64,000 bases of DNA from Myxococcota bacterium (GTDB lineage: Bacteria > Myxococcota_A > UBA9160 > JAFDDA01), in assembly GCA_965228475.1 (NCBI GenBank), contig OZ245817.1:3520001-3584000 (forward strand), given 5' to 3'. Of the stretch, positions 38,193-48,400 are shown piece by piece. A program made the translations under genes and the position numbers. The notes under the pieces were generated by a model that was not told where the DNA came from, ran no database searches, and saw only the letters and a program-made list of their open reading frames with translations. Each line of letters opens with the position of its first letter. Within the stretch, counting starts at the first letter, position 1.

Positions 38193-38803
38193 CGGGCACG
38201 ACGGCCAGGACGGCAGGCTTGCGCGCCTGCCTGAACTGCGAGGCGCTCTGGCCTCTCGCGGGCCCTTCGACGTGTGCGCGCTGCGGCGCCGATGTCCCGC
38301 TGCGCCTGCCCGAGAGCCTCTCGCGAACCCTCGCCCTGCTCCTCGCTGCCGCCGCACTGTATGTCCCTGCGAACTGGTTCCCGATCATGACCGTCCGCCG
38401 CCTCGGCCAGGGTGAGCCGGCCACCATCCTCGGCGGCTGTCAGCATCTGTTCGAGTCCGGCATGTACGGGCTCGCGGCCCTCATCTTCTTCGCGAGCGTG
38501 CTCGTGCCGGGCCTCAAGCTCGTGGGCCTCGCCTATCTGGTGGCGATGACCCATCGGCGCTCTCGCAAGCGGCTGCTCGAACGCACGCGTCTCTACCACG
38601 TGATCGAGATTTTCGGCCGCTGGTCGATGATCGACGTGTTCGTCATCGCGATTCTCGTGGCGCTCGTCCAGCTCGGCGCCCTCGCACGGATCGAGCCTGG
38701 GCTCGGCGCCACCTTCTTCTGTCTCGTCGTCGTCATCACCATGTTCGCCTCGGCGAGCTTCGACCCCCGAATGATGTGGGATGTCCTGGAGGATCCATCA
38801 TGA
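38189..38803 (+). CDS. pqiA: PqiA/LetA-family membrane protein, C-terminal half
   Basis: CLNC..CARCG; YVPAN.FPIM; GRWSMIDVFV; FDPR..WD; ATGA overlap with the upstream gene. Confidence 0.92.
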   Translation: MTGTTARTAGLRACLNCEALWPLAGPSTCARCGADVPLRLPESLSRTLALLLAAAALYVPANWFPIMTVRRLGQGEPATILGGCQHLFESGMYGLAALIFFASVLVPGLKLVGLAYLVAMTHRRSRKRLLERTRLYHVIEIFGRWSMIDVFVIAILVALVQLGALARIEPGLGATFFCLVVVITMFASASFDPRMMWDVLEDPS

Positions 38804-40596
38804 GCGATCGAACCGACCCGCAGCACGCAGCGCAGGGCCTGCCCCGCACGCGCGTGGACCGCCGCCGGAGCATTCCCCTCGTCTGGTGGATCCCCATCGT
38901 GGCCCTGCTCGTCGGCGCTGGTGTGATCTACGACAGCTACGCGAGCCGCGGACCGACGGTGACGCTCCGCTTCAGCGACGGACAGGGCCTCGAGGCGGGC
39001 AAGACCCGCATCAAGTACAAGTCCGTCGAGATCGGCCTCCTGACCTCGATCCGTCTGAGCGACGATTTGAGCGGCGTCGTGGCCGAAGCGGAGATGGATC
39101 CCGGCACGGAAGGCCATCTCACCGACGCCACGGCCTTCTGGCGGGTGACACCCCAGGTCGGGTTCTCGGGCGTGACCGGTCTCGACACCCTCGTGTCGGG
39201 AGCCTACGTCGCGGTGTACCCCGCGGCCGGGACGCCACAACGCGAGTTCGAGGTGGCCGATCACGCACCGATCGATCTGGGTCATCGTGACGCTCTGCAC
39301 CTCCGCCTGCGATCCGCGCGCGGCGCGGTCCCGATCGGTGCTCCCGTCACCTGGCGGGGCATGATCGCCGGAGAGGTCACGCGCACGACGGTGGCCGATG
39401 ACGGGGAAGGGTTCGTGATCCACGCCCTGGTGGACCGCCCCTTCGCCGACGGGGTGCGGGCGGGCACGCGGTTCTGGCGCGAGAGCGGCATCGACGTTTC
39501 GCTCGGAGCCGCGGGGCTCGAAGTCCATGCTGGCTCCGTGCGCTCCATCGTGACGGGCGGCATCGCCTTCGACGGGCCCGAGGAAGCCGAAGGCCCGGCG
39601 CTCGAGCCCGGCGCCGAGCTTCCGCTCTTCGCCAACGAGAAGGCCGCCAAGGACGCGGACGTCCGCGCGGCCGGCCTGATCGTCCGGGTGGAGGCCCGCG
39701 ACGCCACGGCCCTTTCCGACGGCGCCCCGGTGCTCTACCGCAAGTCGCGTATCGGCCGCGTGCTCGGCCACGCCCTTTCGCCCGACGCCCGCACCATCCA
39801 AGCGGAGGTGCTGATCGAGGCCCGCTTCGCGCCGCTCGTCCGGGCGAACACGCGGTTCTGGAACGCCAGCGGCGTGCGCGTCGAGATGGGCCCGACCGGG
39901 CTCGCCGTCGAGACGGGACCCCTCGCCCAGGTGGTCGGCGGAGGACTCTCCCTCGCGACGCCCGACCGGCCGGGAGCGCCCGCGGAACCGGGCCGACTGT
40001 TCGCGCTGGCCGAGGAACCGTCCGAGCGATGGCTCGCCTGGGCCCCGGAGATCTGGCTGGCCGGCGAGGACCCGAGCAAGGCCGTCGCCCACGCCCTGCC
40101 CCGGACGGCGCGGCCCGCCGGGCTCGCGATCGAACTGGTCTCGGACGAGGCCGGCTCGGTCTCGCCGGGCGCGGGCGTGTACTTCAGGCGCCTCCGTGTG
40201 GGGGAAATCGTTTCGCGCGAGCTCGCCGGCGACGCGCGAACCGTGCGCATCCACGCTCGCATCGAGCGTCGCTACGCGCACCTCGTCCGCCAGAACTCGC
40301 GATTCTGGAACGCCAGCGGAATCGGAGTCGACATGGGCCTCGGCGGACTTCGCGTCCAGACCGAATCGATGGAAGCGCTGCTCGCAGGCGGCGTGGCCTT
40401 CGCGACCCCCGACCCGGCCGGCGCCCCGGCGAAACGAGGCAGCTCGTTCGCGCTGCACGGGAAGGGTCGAGACGAATGGCGCGACTGGGCGCCGGCGCTC
40501 GGCGTCGGCGGGTCCGCTCCGGCCGCGGTCACGGCGGCCGGCACGGCCGGCACCGCCAGGGCCGGGGGCTTCTGGGGGCGGCTGCTGGGACGCTGA
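38800..40596 (+). CDS. Multi-MCE-domain transport protein (PqiB/LetB family, four MCE domains)
   Basis: VWWIPIVALL TM; GLEAGKT.IKYK, GLDTLVSGAY; three further MCE units ending TRFW/SRFW. Confidence 0.9.
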   Translation: MSDRTDPQHAAQGLPRTRVDRRRSIPLVWWIPIVALLVGAGVIYDSYASRGPTVTLRFSDGQGLEAGKTRIKYKSVEIGLLTSIRLSDDLSGVVAEAEMDPGTEGHLTDATAFWRVTPQVGFSGVTGLDTLVSGAYVAVYPAAGTPQREFEVADHAPIDLGHRDALHLRLRSARGAVPIGAPVTWRGMIAGEVTRTTVADDGEGFVIHALVDRPFADGVRAGTRFWRESGIDVSLGAAGLEVHAGSVRSIVTGGIAFDGPEEAEGPALEPGAELPLFANEKAAKDADVRAAGLIVRVEARDATALSDGAPVLYRKSRIGRVLGHALSPDARTIQAEVLIEARFAPLVRANTRFWNASGVRVEMGPTGLAVETGPLAQVVGGGLSLATPDRPGAPAEPGRLFALAEEPSERWLAWAPEIWLAGEDPSKAVAHALPRTARPAGLAIELVSDEAGSVSPGAGVYFRRLRVGEIVSRELAGDARTVRIHARIERRYAHLVRQNSRFWNASGIGVDMGLGGLRVQTESMEALLAGGVAFATPDPAGAPAKRGSSFALHGKGRDEWRDWAPALGVGGSAPAAVTAAGTAGTARAGGFWGRLLGR

Positions 40597-40648
40597 GCGC
40601 AGGCGCGGCTCGGGCTGGCGCCGGTCTCGAGGACCGTGAAGCGGGGCT

Positions 40649-41236
40649 CTAGCCTTCGAAGCTCGGCCCGAGCTCGCGTCGTAGCCAGGCCCGGGCGAAG
40701 GTCCAGTCGCCCTCTACCGTTCGCGCCGAGACGCCGAGAGCCGCGGCCGCCTCCGGGGTCGTCATCCCGGCGAAGTAGCGGAGTTCGACGACACGTGCCT
40801 GGCGCTCCGAGAGCGCTTCGAGCCGCTTGAGCGCTTCGTCCAGCGCGAGCAGACCCTCGAGATCCACGCCGACCTCGGGGGACGACGGCCCCTGGGTCAG
40901 CGTCACCCGGCTCCAATCCCCGCCACGCTTCTGGCGCTTCCGCGCGACGGCGTGGTTGACGAGCAGACGTCGCATGGCCTGGGCACCGATTGCCAGGAAG
41001 TGCGTCCGCCCTTGCCATTCCACGCGCCTCTGATCGACGAGCTTCTCGTACGCTTCATGGACGAGCCCCGTCGCATCCAGGGTGTGCCCCGGTCGCTCCC
41101 GATTGAGGTAGCCGCTCGCGATCCGACGCATCTCGTCGTAGACCATCGGTAGGAGTTCTTCCGCCGCGCGACGAGCCCGCTCGGGGTCGCCCTCGATCCG
41201 CGTCAGCTGCTGGGTGACGAGCGCCCGGAGATCCAT
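40649..41236 (-). CDS. ECF sigma factor, TIGR02999/ECF43-like
   Basis: VYDEMRRIA, HTLDATGLVHEAY, HFLAIGAQAMRRLLVNHA..KRGG, VVELRYFAG, TVEGDW.FARAWL. Confidence 0.93.
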   Translation of the reverse strand: MDLRALVTQQLTRIEGDPERARRAAEELLPMVYDEMRRIASGYLNRERPGHTLDATGLVHEAYEKLVDQRRVEWQGRTHFLAIGAQAMRRLLVNHAVARKRQKRGGDWSRVTLTQGPSSPEVGVDLEGLLALDEALKRLEALSERQARVVELRYFAGMTTPEAAAALGVSARTVEGDWTFARAWLRRELGPSFEG

Positions 41237-41279
41237 GGGGAGAAAGGTAGCCGGGTTTTCGCCGGGCCTCCGAGACCCT

Positions 41280-44200
41280 TCACGGCGAGCGCTCGAGGAG
41301 CGCTCGGGCGACGCGGCCGTCGAGGGGGTCGGGTTCTTCCGGCCAGCCGTCGAGCGACCGTTCGATGAGCCGGCGGGCTTCGGCCGGGCGGCCCGCATCG
41401 ACGTGCCAGCGGGCGAGATCGATCGCGGCCCGGAGACCGAAGGCGCGCGCACCGCGTGCTTCGGCCAGGGCAAGCGCCCGTTCGAGCGCCTCGACCCCAG
41501 CCGCGTCTCCCGCGTCGAGCCGGAGCCGCGCCGCACCCTGGAGTCGCAGCAGTTCGGGCTCCCCGAGACGGCTGAGGGTACCGGAGGTGATCTCCAGCCC
41601 GGCGTCGACGGATTGCAGGGCCTCCTCGACCCGGCCGGCCTGGAGCTGGCTCTCGGCGAGGTGGCTCAACAGGAGATCCACGTAGAGGACGGCGCCCGCG
41701 GCTCGGGCCTCGGCGACGGTCCGCGCTGCCCGGTCCAGGGCCGCCGGCTGCCTCGAAAAGGCGTCCGCACAGGCGCCCTGCGCAGAAGCCACCTTCTCGA
41801 GGAACAGGATTCCATGATCGCGGCTCGAAGCTTCGGTCGGACGGGCGAGAGCCAACGCATCCTCCCTCGATCGGCGCAGAAGGTGAAGCGCAGCGATGAA
41901 GGTGCCAGCCAGGGCGCGGTTGAGCGCCTCGCTCGAACGCTCGGCCGTCGCGAGGGCGCACCTGGCGTGTCGATCCGCTTCCGCCCTTCGCCCGCTCAGC
42001 CACTCGACGAGCGCCAGGTACTCGTGCGCCACCACCTCGAGGTCTTCCGGGTAGACCTCGAGGGGCTTCACGCCGTGGGTTCGCCAGTCTTCGAGGACTC
42101 CCTCGAGGAGCGGGCGGCAGCGATCCAACTCGCCCTTCCAAAGGGCGATCTCTCCCTGCCCGGCCCGCGCGTAGAGGGCGACGCGACGGTCGCCGGCTCG
42201 CTCCGCGGCCTCGAGCAGGGCATCGGCGCGGGTCTCCGCATCGAGGGCGCCCGCCGTCCGATAGGATCCGAGCAACGCGACCAGGGTGGAGAGTCGGCTT
42301 GGCGTCTTCGGGTCCAGGCTCAGACACGCTTCGTGGGCTCGATGGAAGACCCCCCGGGCCGCCTCCGAACCCCAGCCGAGCGTCGCGGACAGCGCGTAGC
42401 CGAGCCCGGAAAGAATGATCACTTCGCGCTCGCGATCGACGACGCCCGGCGGCAGGCCGTCCACCGCCGCGAGGGCCCGCTCGAAGTGATGTCGCGCCTC
42501 GCGATACGCACAGACCTGCTGGGCCGCGGCCCCGGCCTCGACCCAGGCCTCGAGTGCCTCTTCCAGACGCCCCGCCCGCTCGGCATGATGGGCGAGCCAT
42601 TCCGGGTGCTCCGACAGCTCCGGGGCGAACCGCTCGCGCAGCAAGGCGCACACCTGCCCGTGCAGGGACCGTCGCTCCGGAGCGGGAATCGATTCGTAGG
42701 CGGCTTCCTCGATCAGCGCGTGGCGAAAGGCGTAGGCCGTACCGCCGTGCGCGTCCGCTCGACGGGTCAGAATCTCGGCTTCGACCAGGCCGGCGAGGTG
42801 GTGGTCCACCGCCGCAGGATCTCCATCCGCGAGCGCTCGCAACTGGGGCGTCGAGAAGTCGCGACCCAGGACGGAGGCGAGTTGAGCGAGCACCTTGCCC
42901 CGGCCGAGGCCGTCGAGACGCGCCATCAGGAGGTCCTGCAGGCTCGCCGGAATGCTCTCGCCCGAAGCACCCTCGAGCGATTCGAAACAGCGGATCAACT
43001 CGCCGACGAACAAGGGGTTGCCATCGGCTCTGGTGAAGACACGATCGACCGCCTCGGCCCGGACGTCGCTTCCGAGTCGCCCTTCCATCATCCGGCGCAC
43101 CTCACTCTTCCGCATGCGCCGAAGTGCGACGGGCGTGACGTGTTCGCGTCCCAACCAATCCAGCTGCATCCCGGGGCGGGCCGAGAGCACCAGCAGCAAC
43201 CGACTGGTCGGGATCTCCTGCACGAGCCCCTCGACCACTTCGAGCGAGCTCGGGTCCGCGAAATGCAGATCTTCGACGACGAGGACCGCCGGGCCCGGCG
43301 CTCCGAGCGCCAGGGCCCACCGCACCAGCAGATCCTTGGTTCGACGGCTCACCTGCTCGGGGGCGAGCGTCTCGGACGGTTCGCCACCGGGCAACGGGAT
43401 GCGGAGCAGCTGCGCGACCAGCGGAAGGGCATCCTCCGCATCGGCCAGGCCCGAGCGCGAAACCCCCGCGCGCAGGATCTCGTAGGCGTGTTTCGGGTCT
43501 CGCGCCTCCCGCAGCGAGAGCTGTTCCCGAACGAGCTCGACCAGGGAGTGCAAGGGGCTCTGCTGCGAGAAGGATCGATTGCGGCACTCCGCCACGAAGC
43601 GTGGAGCCGTGCCGAGGCGAGCGCGAAGCTCTGCGACGAGTCGGGACTTCCCCACTCCGGCCTCGCCCGTCACGAGGACGACCTGCCCGACTCCCTCGAG
43701 CACCTGCTCGAAGCGATCCTCCAGCAGGGCCAGTTCCTGGGTTCGACCGACGAGGGCGTGGCGGTGGGCGGGGGTGCCTTCGCGCGGAGAGAGAACCTCG
43801 AAGGTCGACACCTGGGCGCTGTCGGGTCGTGGGCGAACTTCGAAACCGTCGCCACACGTCGCCAGGACCGCCTCCGTGGCGACGACGCTCCCGGCCGGGG
43901 CGCTCTGAAGGAGCCGTCGCGCGATCGTGAGCGTCGGCCCGAAGGTTCGGGGGCGCCCTGGCCCCTCTTCGATCAACGCGGGTCCCGTGTGGACGGCCAC
44001 CGCGACGGCCATCGGGGCCTGCGCGTCGAAATCCTGCCCAAAGGCCTCGCGCACTTCACACGCGGCACGCAGGGCGCGCTCGGGAGCATCTTCGAGCGCG
44101 GCCGGATGGCCGAAGTAGGCGATGAAGCCCTCGGCCTGAGGCTCGGCCACGGAGCCTCCGTAGCGAGCGACGACGGCCTCGCAGCGGGCGAGGGCCCCGC

Positions 44201-45350
44201 GCACGCGCTCGTCGAGCGCCTCGAGTTCGAGGTCCGACGCCAGCGCATCGCTGTTGCGCAGCTCGACGCACCAGACGGTGAGCGGCCGTCGCGCCCGCCG
44301 ACCGAGATGCTCGCTGGTGGACGTGAGCGAACCGGGCCGCGTCTCCGTGGCCGCGTCCGCGTTTCCCTCAAGCAGCTCGGCCAGCGCGGCGGCACTCGCC
44401 GGCCGCGCCGCGGGATCCTTCGCGAGGGCCTGGAGGATCGCCGCCTCGAGGTCCCGCGGCACGCCCGGCGCGCGCCGGGAAGGCTTTTCCGGGTCGGCGA
44501 AACGCTGCAGCTCGGACAGCGCTGCGGCCGTCTGGGCACGGAACGTCGCCTCTCCGGTCAGGAGCTCATGGAGAACGAGACCCAGCGCGTAGAGGTCCGT
44601 GCGCTCGCTCACCTCCGCGTCGAAGACGAGCTGCTCGGGGGCCATGTAGGCCGGCGTGCCGACCAGCGCTCCCGACCCGCCGTGCTCACGGGTCGTCGCA
44701 ATTCCGAAATCGACGATTCGCGGCTCTCCTTCGGCGTCGAGCAGGATGTTCGCGGGCTTGAGGTCGCGGTGAAGGACCCCCCGGTCGTGGGCCGCCTGGA
44801 GGCCGGCGCACAGGCGCGCGCCGATCCGGCGAACCCGCTCGGGAGACAGCGGGCCGACCCGCTTCAGCAGATCCGAGAGATCGCCGCCGTCCACGTACTC
44901 CATGGTCAAGAACAGTTCGTCGCCGACCTGGCCGACGTCGTACACGCGGCCCACCGCCGGGTGGGTCACTTCGCGTGCGAGGCGCACCTCCTCGAGCAGC
45001 CGGTCGCGATGCTCGGGACCCGGGTCACGAACCCGCTTCAGGGCGACGGTGACGCCGAGCGCCGTGTCCTCCACGCGGAAGACCTCGCCCATGCCGCCGT
45101 GCCCGATGCGTTCGAGCACACGGTAGCGGTCGGCAAGGAGGGTCCCGGTCCCGAGAACGGCCGAGCTGGCGGCTTCGCGCAGGGGAACGTGATGGCGGAG
45201 CAACGACTCGACCTCCTCTCGGAGGGAATCGTCCCCGGGGCATTCTCGTTCGAGGAAGCCGGCGCGCGCCTCGCCCTCGAGCTTCACCGCCTCGAGGAAC
45301 AGCTCCCGGACCCGTTCGAAGCGGCTCTTTCCCGAACCCGTGTTCTCCAG
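41280..45350 (-). CDS. Soluble Ser/Thr kinase + degenerate class III cyclase-like domain + AAA/STAND ATPase + TPR
   Basis: Kinase GHGGMGEV, VALK, HRDLKPAN, DFG, GTPAYMAPE; cyclase-like FIAYFG..EDAPERA; Walker A GEAGVGKS; Walker B VVEDLH; GNPLF; helical C-terminus. Start set at CTG 45350 behind AGGAGG (ORF track gives GTG 45287). Confidence 0.92.
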   Translation of the reverse strand: MENTGSGKSRFERVRELFLEAVKLEGEARAGFLERECPGDDSLREEVESLLRHHVPLREAASSAVLGTGTLLADRYRVLERIGHGGMGEVFRVEDTALGVTVALKRVRDPGPEHRDRLLEEVRLAREVTHPAVGRVYDVGQVGDELFLTMEYVDGGDLSDLLKRVGPLSPERVRRIGARLCAGLQAAHDRGVLHRDLKPANILLDAEGEPRIVDFGIATTREHGGSGALVGTPAYMAPEQLVFDAEVSERTDLYALGLVLHELLTGEATFRAQTAAALSELQRFADPEKPSRRAPGVPRDLEAAILQALAKDPAARPASAAALAELLEGNADAATETRPGSLTSTSEHLGRRARRPLTVWCVELRNSDALASDLELEALDERVRGALARCEAVVARYGGSVAEPQAEGFIAYFGHPAALEDAPERALRAACEVREAFGQDFDAQAPMAVAVAVHTGPALIEEGPGRPRTFGPTLTIARRLLQSAPAGSVVATEAVLATCGDGFEVRPRPDSAQVSTFEVLSPREGTPAHRHALVGRTQELALLEDRFEQVLEGVGQVVLVTGEAGVGKSRLVAELRARLGTAPRFVAECRNRSFSQQSPLHSLVELVREQLSLREARDPKHAYEILRAGVSRSGLADAEDALPLVAQLLRIPLPGGEPSETLAPEQVSRRTKDLLVRWALALGAPGPAVLVVEDLHFADPSSLEVVEGLVQEIPTSRLLLVLSARPGMQLDWLGREHVTPVALRRMRKSEVRRMMEGRLGSDVRAEAVDRVFTRADGNPLFVGELIRCFESLEGASGESIPASLQDLLMARLDGLGRGKVLAQLASVLGRDFSTPQLRALADGDPAAVDHHLAGLVEAEILTRRADAHGGTAYAFRHALIEEAAYESIPAPERRSLHGQVCALLRERFAPELSEHPEWLAHHAERAGRLEEALEAWVEAGAAAQQVCAYREARHHFERALAAVDGLPPGVVDREREVIILSGLGYALSATLGWGSEAARGVFHRAHEACLSLDPKTPSRLSTLVALLGSYRTAGALDAETRADALLEAAERAGDRRVALYARAGQGEIALWKGELDRCRPLLEGVLEDWRTHGVKPLEVYPEDLEVVAHEYLALVEWLSGRRAEADRHARCALATAERSSEALNRALAGTFIAALHLLRRSREDALALARPTEASSRDHGILFLEKVASAQGACADAFSRQPAALDRAARTVAEARAAGAVLYVDLLLSHLAESQLQAGRVEEALQSVDAGLEITSGTLSRLGEPELLRLQGAARLRLDAGDAAGVEALERALALAEARGARAFGLRAAIDLARWHVDAGRPAEARRLIERSLDGWPEEPDPLDGRVARALLERSP

Positions 45351-45437
45351 GGGACCTCCTCGGTTTCCCCGCTTCAGTCTATCCGATCCCCGCGTGACGC
45401 GGACCGCATGCCGTTCGAACGGCGCTTCGAGCGAGGC

Positions 45438-48400
45438 TCAAACCCGCGCCCGTGCGGGGAACTCGACGCGGAAGAACAGGGCGTAGAGGGCGGGGACGGC
45501 GAGGAGGGTGAGCAGCGTTCCGAAGCCGATCCCGAAACTGATCACCACAGCCATCGCCGAGAAGAGCGGGTCTGCCGGAACCATGAGCGGGATCAGCCCG
45601 AGCACGGTCGTGAGCGTCGTCATCATGACCGGCTGGAAGCGGGAGACCGACGCAAAGACCACCGCATCGTATGGCGTCTCGCCCGAATCGATCTCGCTCT
45701 GGATCGTTTCCAACAGGACGATCGCATTGTTGATGATGATGCCCGCGAGGGAAAGAAAACCGAGCGTCGCCATGAAACCCAGGTAGGAGTCCGTGAGCCA
45801 GAGGCCCGCGATGGCCCCGATGAAGGTGATCGGGATCGTGATGAAGACGATCGCCGGCTTCAGGAAGGAATTGAACTGCCACACCAGGATGACGACCATG
45901 GCTGCCAGGGCGTGTGGCACGAACGCCGCGAGCGCCTGGTTCGCATCGTTCGCATCCTTGGTCTCGCCGTCCAACTGGAGTGAGTAGCCGAGCGGGAGTT
46001 CCGAGGAGAGTCGTTCCAGAGCGGGTGCAAGTTCCTCTTCGAGCTGCGCCGCCTGGAGCCAGGCGTGTTTGGCGCTGATCGTGATCGTCCGGGCGAGGTC
46101 ACGGCGTTCGATTCGCGAGAGCTGCGTGCGCGCTTCGAAATCCGCGACCTGCAGGAGCCCCACGTCCGCCCCACGTCCCTCGGAGTAGATGTTCAGACTT
46201 CGGACGCGGTCCAGGTTCCGGCGTTCGGAATCGATCGCCCGGAACACGACCGGGATGACGCGGTCCGCCTCGCGGTAGTCGGTCACGTACTCTCCGCTGA
46301 AGTAGCCGTTCAGACTCGTCGCGACCTCCCGGGAAGAGACGCCCGCACGTCGGGCCCGGGGTTGATCCACGCGGATGCGGACCTTGCTGACGCGATTCTC
46401 CCAGTCGCTGTGCACGTCGATCGTCCCGGGGATGGCACGCAGGGCCGACCGGACGTCTTCCCCGAGAGCCGCCAGGCGATCGCGGTGCTGGCCGGAGACG
46501 CGGATCTTCACGAGACCGGTCTCCGAGGTGCCGAGCCAGAACTTCTTGACGCGACTGAAGACGACCGGGTGGTGCTCGGTCATGCGACGCCGCGTGCGGT
46601 CGAGGAGCGCGTCCACGGCCTCGACCGACTTCGTGTTGACGAGCACGAAGGCGACGTTGGGAGCCGCGTCGCGCGGCGAGAGCGGCACGAAGAAACGCGG
46701 GCCCCCGTAGCCCACGTAGGCGACGTGGCTCGCGACCTCGGGGTTCGTCTCCTCGTCGCCCAGCCAGTCGAGGAGCCGACGGACCTCCGCATCCGTTGCA
46801 TGAAAGCCGTACCCGGCGGGCAGGTCCACGTAGATCATGAATTGGGATCGCGGCGAGTTCGGCATGAACTGCTGGGGCACTTCCTCGAGCAGCACGACGG
46901 AACTCGCCAGCGCAGCGCCGATGGCCGACACGAACGAGACGGGCCGCCGCAGGACTCTCTCGAGCAGCGCCCGGTAGATCTGGAACATGCGTCCCTCGTA
47001 GGCTCGAGCGATCTGCTCGGGCGTCAGGATCTCCGGCTGCATCCAGCGGACGCACAGGAGCGGGGTCACGCACACGGCCAGCAGCCAGGAACACAGCAAG
47101 GTGACGGCGATCACGATCGTCATGGAGCGCAGGTATTCGCCGGTGTCGTCCGGCGCGAGGGCGAGAGGCATGAACGCCAGGATGGTCGTGATCGACGAGG
47201 TGAGCAGGGGAATCGCGAGGCTCCGGCCCGCGGCAATCGCAGCGTCACGGCGGTCTTCGCCCTCCCGAAGCCGGCGCCCGATCTCCTCCGCCATGACGAT
47301 GCCATTGTCGACGAGCAGCCCGAGGGCGATGATGAGCGTCGCCAGGCTGACGCGCTGCAACTCGATTCCGAGCACTCGCATGATGACGATCGTGAGGAGC
47401 ATGGTCATCGGCACGACGGTCCCGACGATGAGACCCGTCCGGACGCCCAGGAACACCATCACGACGACCAACACGATGCCGAGCGTCTCGTAGACGTTCA
47501 GCGCGACGCCCTGAACGGACTCCGCGACGTAACGCGCCTGGTAGGTGGCGAACTCCATCTGGTAGCCGACCGGGAGGCCCGCTTCGATCCGTTTCACCCG
47601 CTCGCGCAGCCGCGGGCCGAATTCCAGCACGTTGCCGCCCTTCATCATGGAGACCGCCAGGACCACCGCTGGCCGTCCCCCGAAGTAGGCCTTCGTCTCG
47701 GGCGGATCCACATACGCGCGATTGACGCGAACGAGGTCTTTCAGGTAGGCGACGTCCCCCGTCGCGGGGATCCGGATCAACAGGTTCTCGATGTCCTCGA
47801 CCGTCTCGAAGCTTCCCGAGGGCTCGATTGCCACGCTCAGCAGGCCGGTGTCGACGCTCCCACCCGGAAGGATCACGTTCTGGTCCCGCAGCGTCCGCTC
47901 GAGCTCGATCGGTGAGATGCCGTAGCGAGCCAGACGGGCGTCGCTCGTTTCGAGGTAGACCTGCTCGCGTTGTGCGCCGTGGAGAACCACCTTCTTCACG
48001 CCGTCGAGCGAGTAGATCTCGTCGCGCGCGGCTCGGGCCACGTCGCGCAGCTCGTGCATCGAGAAGCCGGCGGCCGTGATGGCGACCGTGGCCACGTAGA
48101 CGTCTCCGAACTCGTCGTTCACGAAGGGGCCGGCCGTACCTTCCGGCAGATCCTCCCGGACGTCGTTCATCTTGTTGCGCAGGTCCTGCCAGATGCGGGC
48201 CATGTCGAAGAAGCGATCCGAAACGATCACGTGCACGATCGCCATGCCCGCCTTCGAGCTGGCCTGGATGTGCTCCACCTCGGGAATCAACCGGATCTTC
48301 TTCTCGAGCTTGCGGGTGATCAGGTCTTCCACCCGCTCGGGCGACATGCCGGGATAGAGCGCGGTCACCACCGCTTCCCTCACGGTGACCTCGGGATCCT

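Noticed and set aside
37560..38803. Split pqiA as a pseudogene
   Set aside because: Both halves have their own zinc ribbon and intact motifs with ATGA coupling; two-gene pqiA is a known arrangement.
41214..45983. 1589-aa plus-strand ORF and other long Arg/Pro/Ala-rich ORFs (e.g. 33280..36540, 57471..61073, 1218..3983)
   Set aside because: Shadows of motif-bearing genes, expected at this GC content; no recognisable domains.
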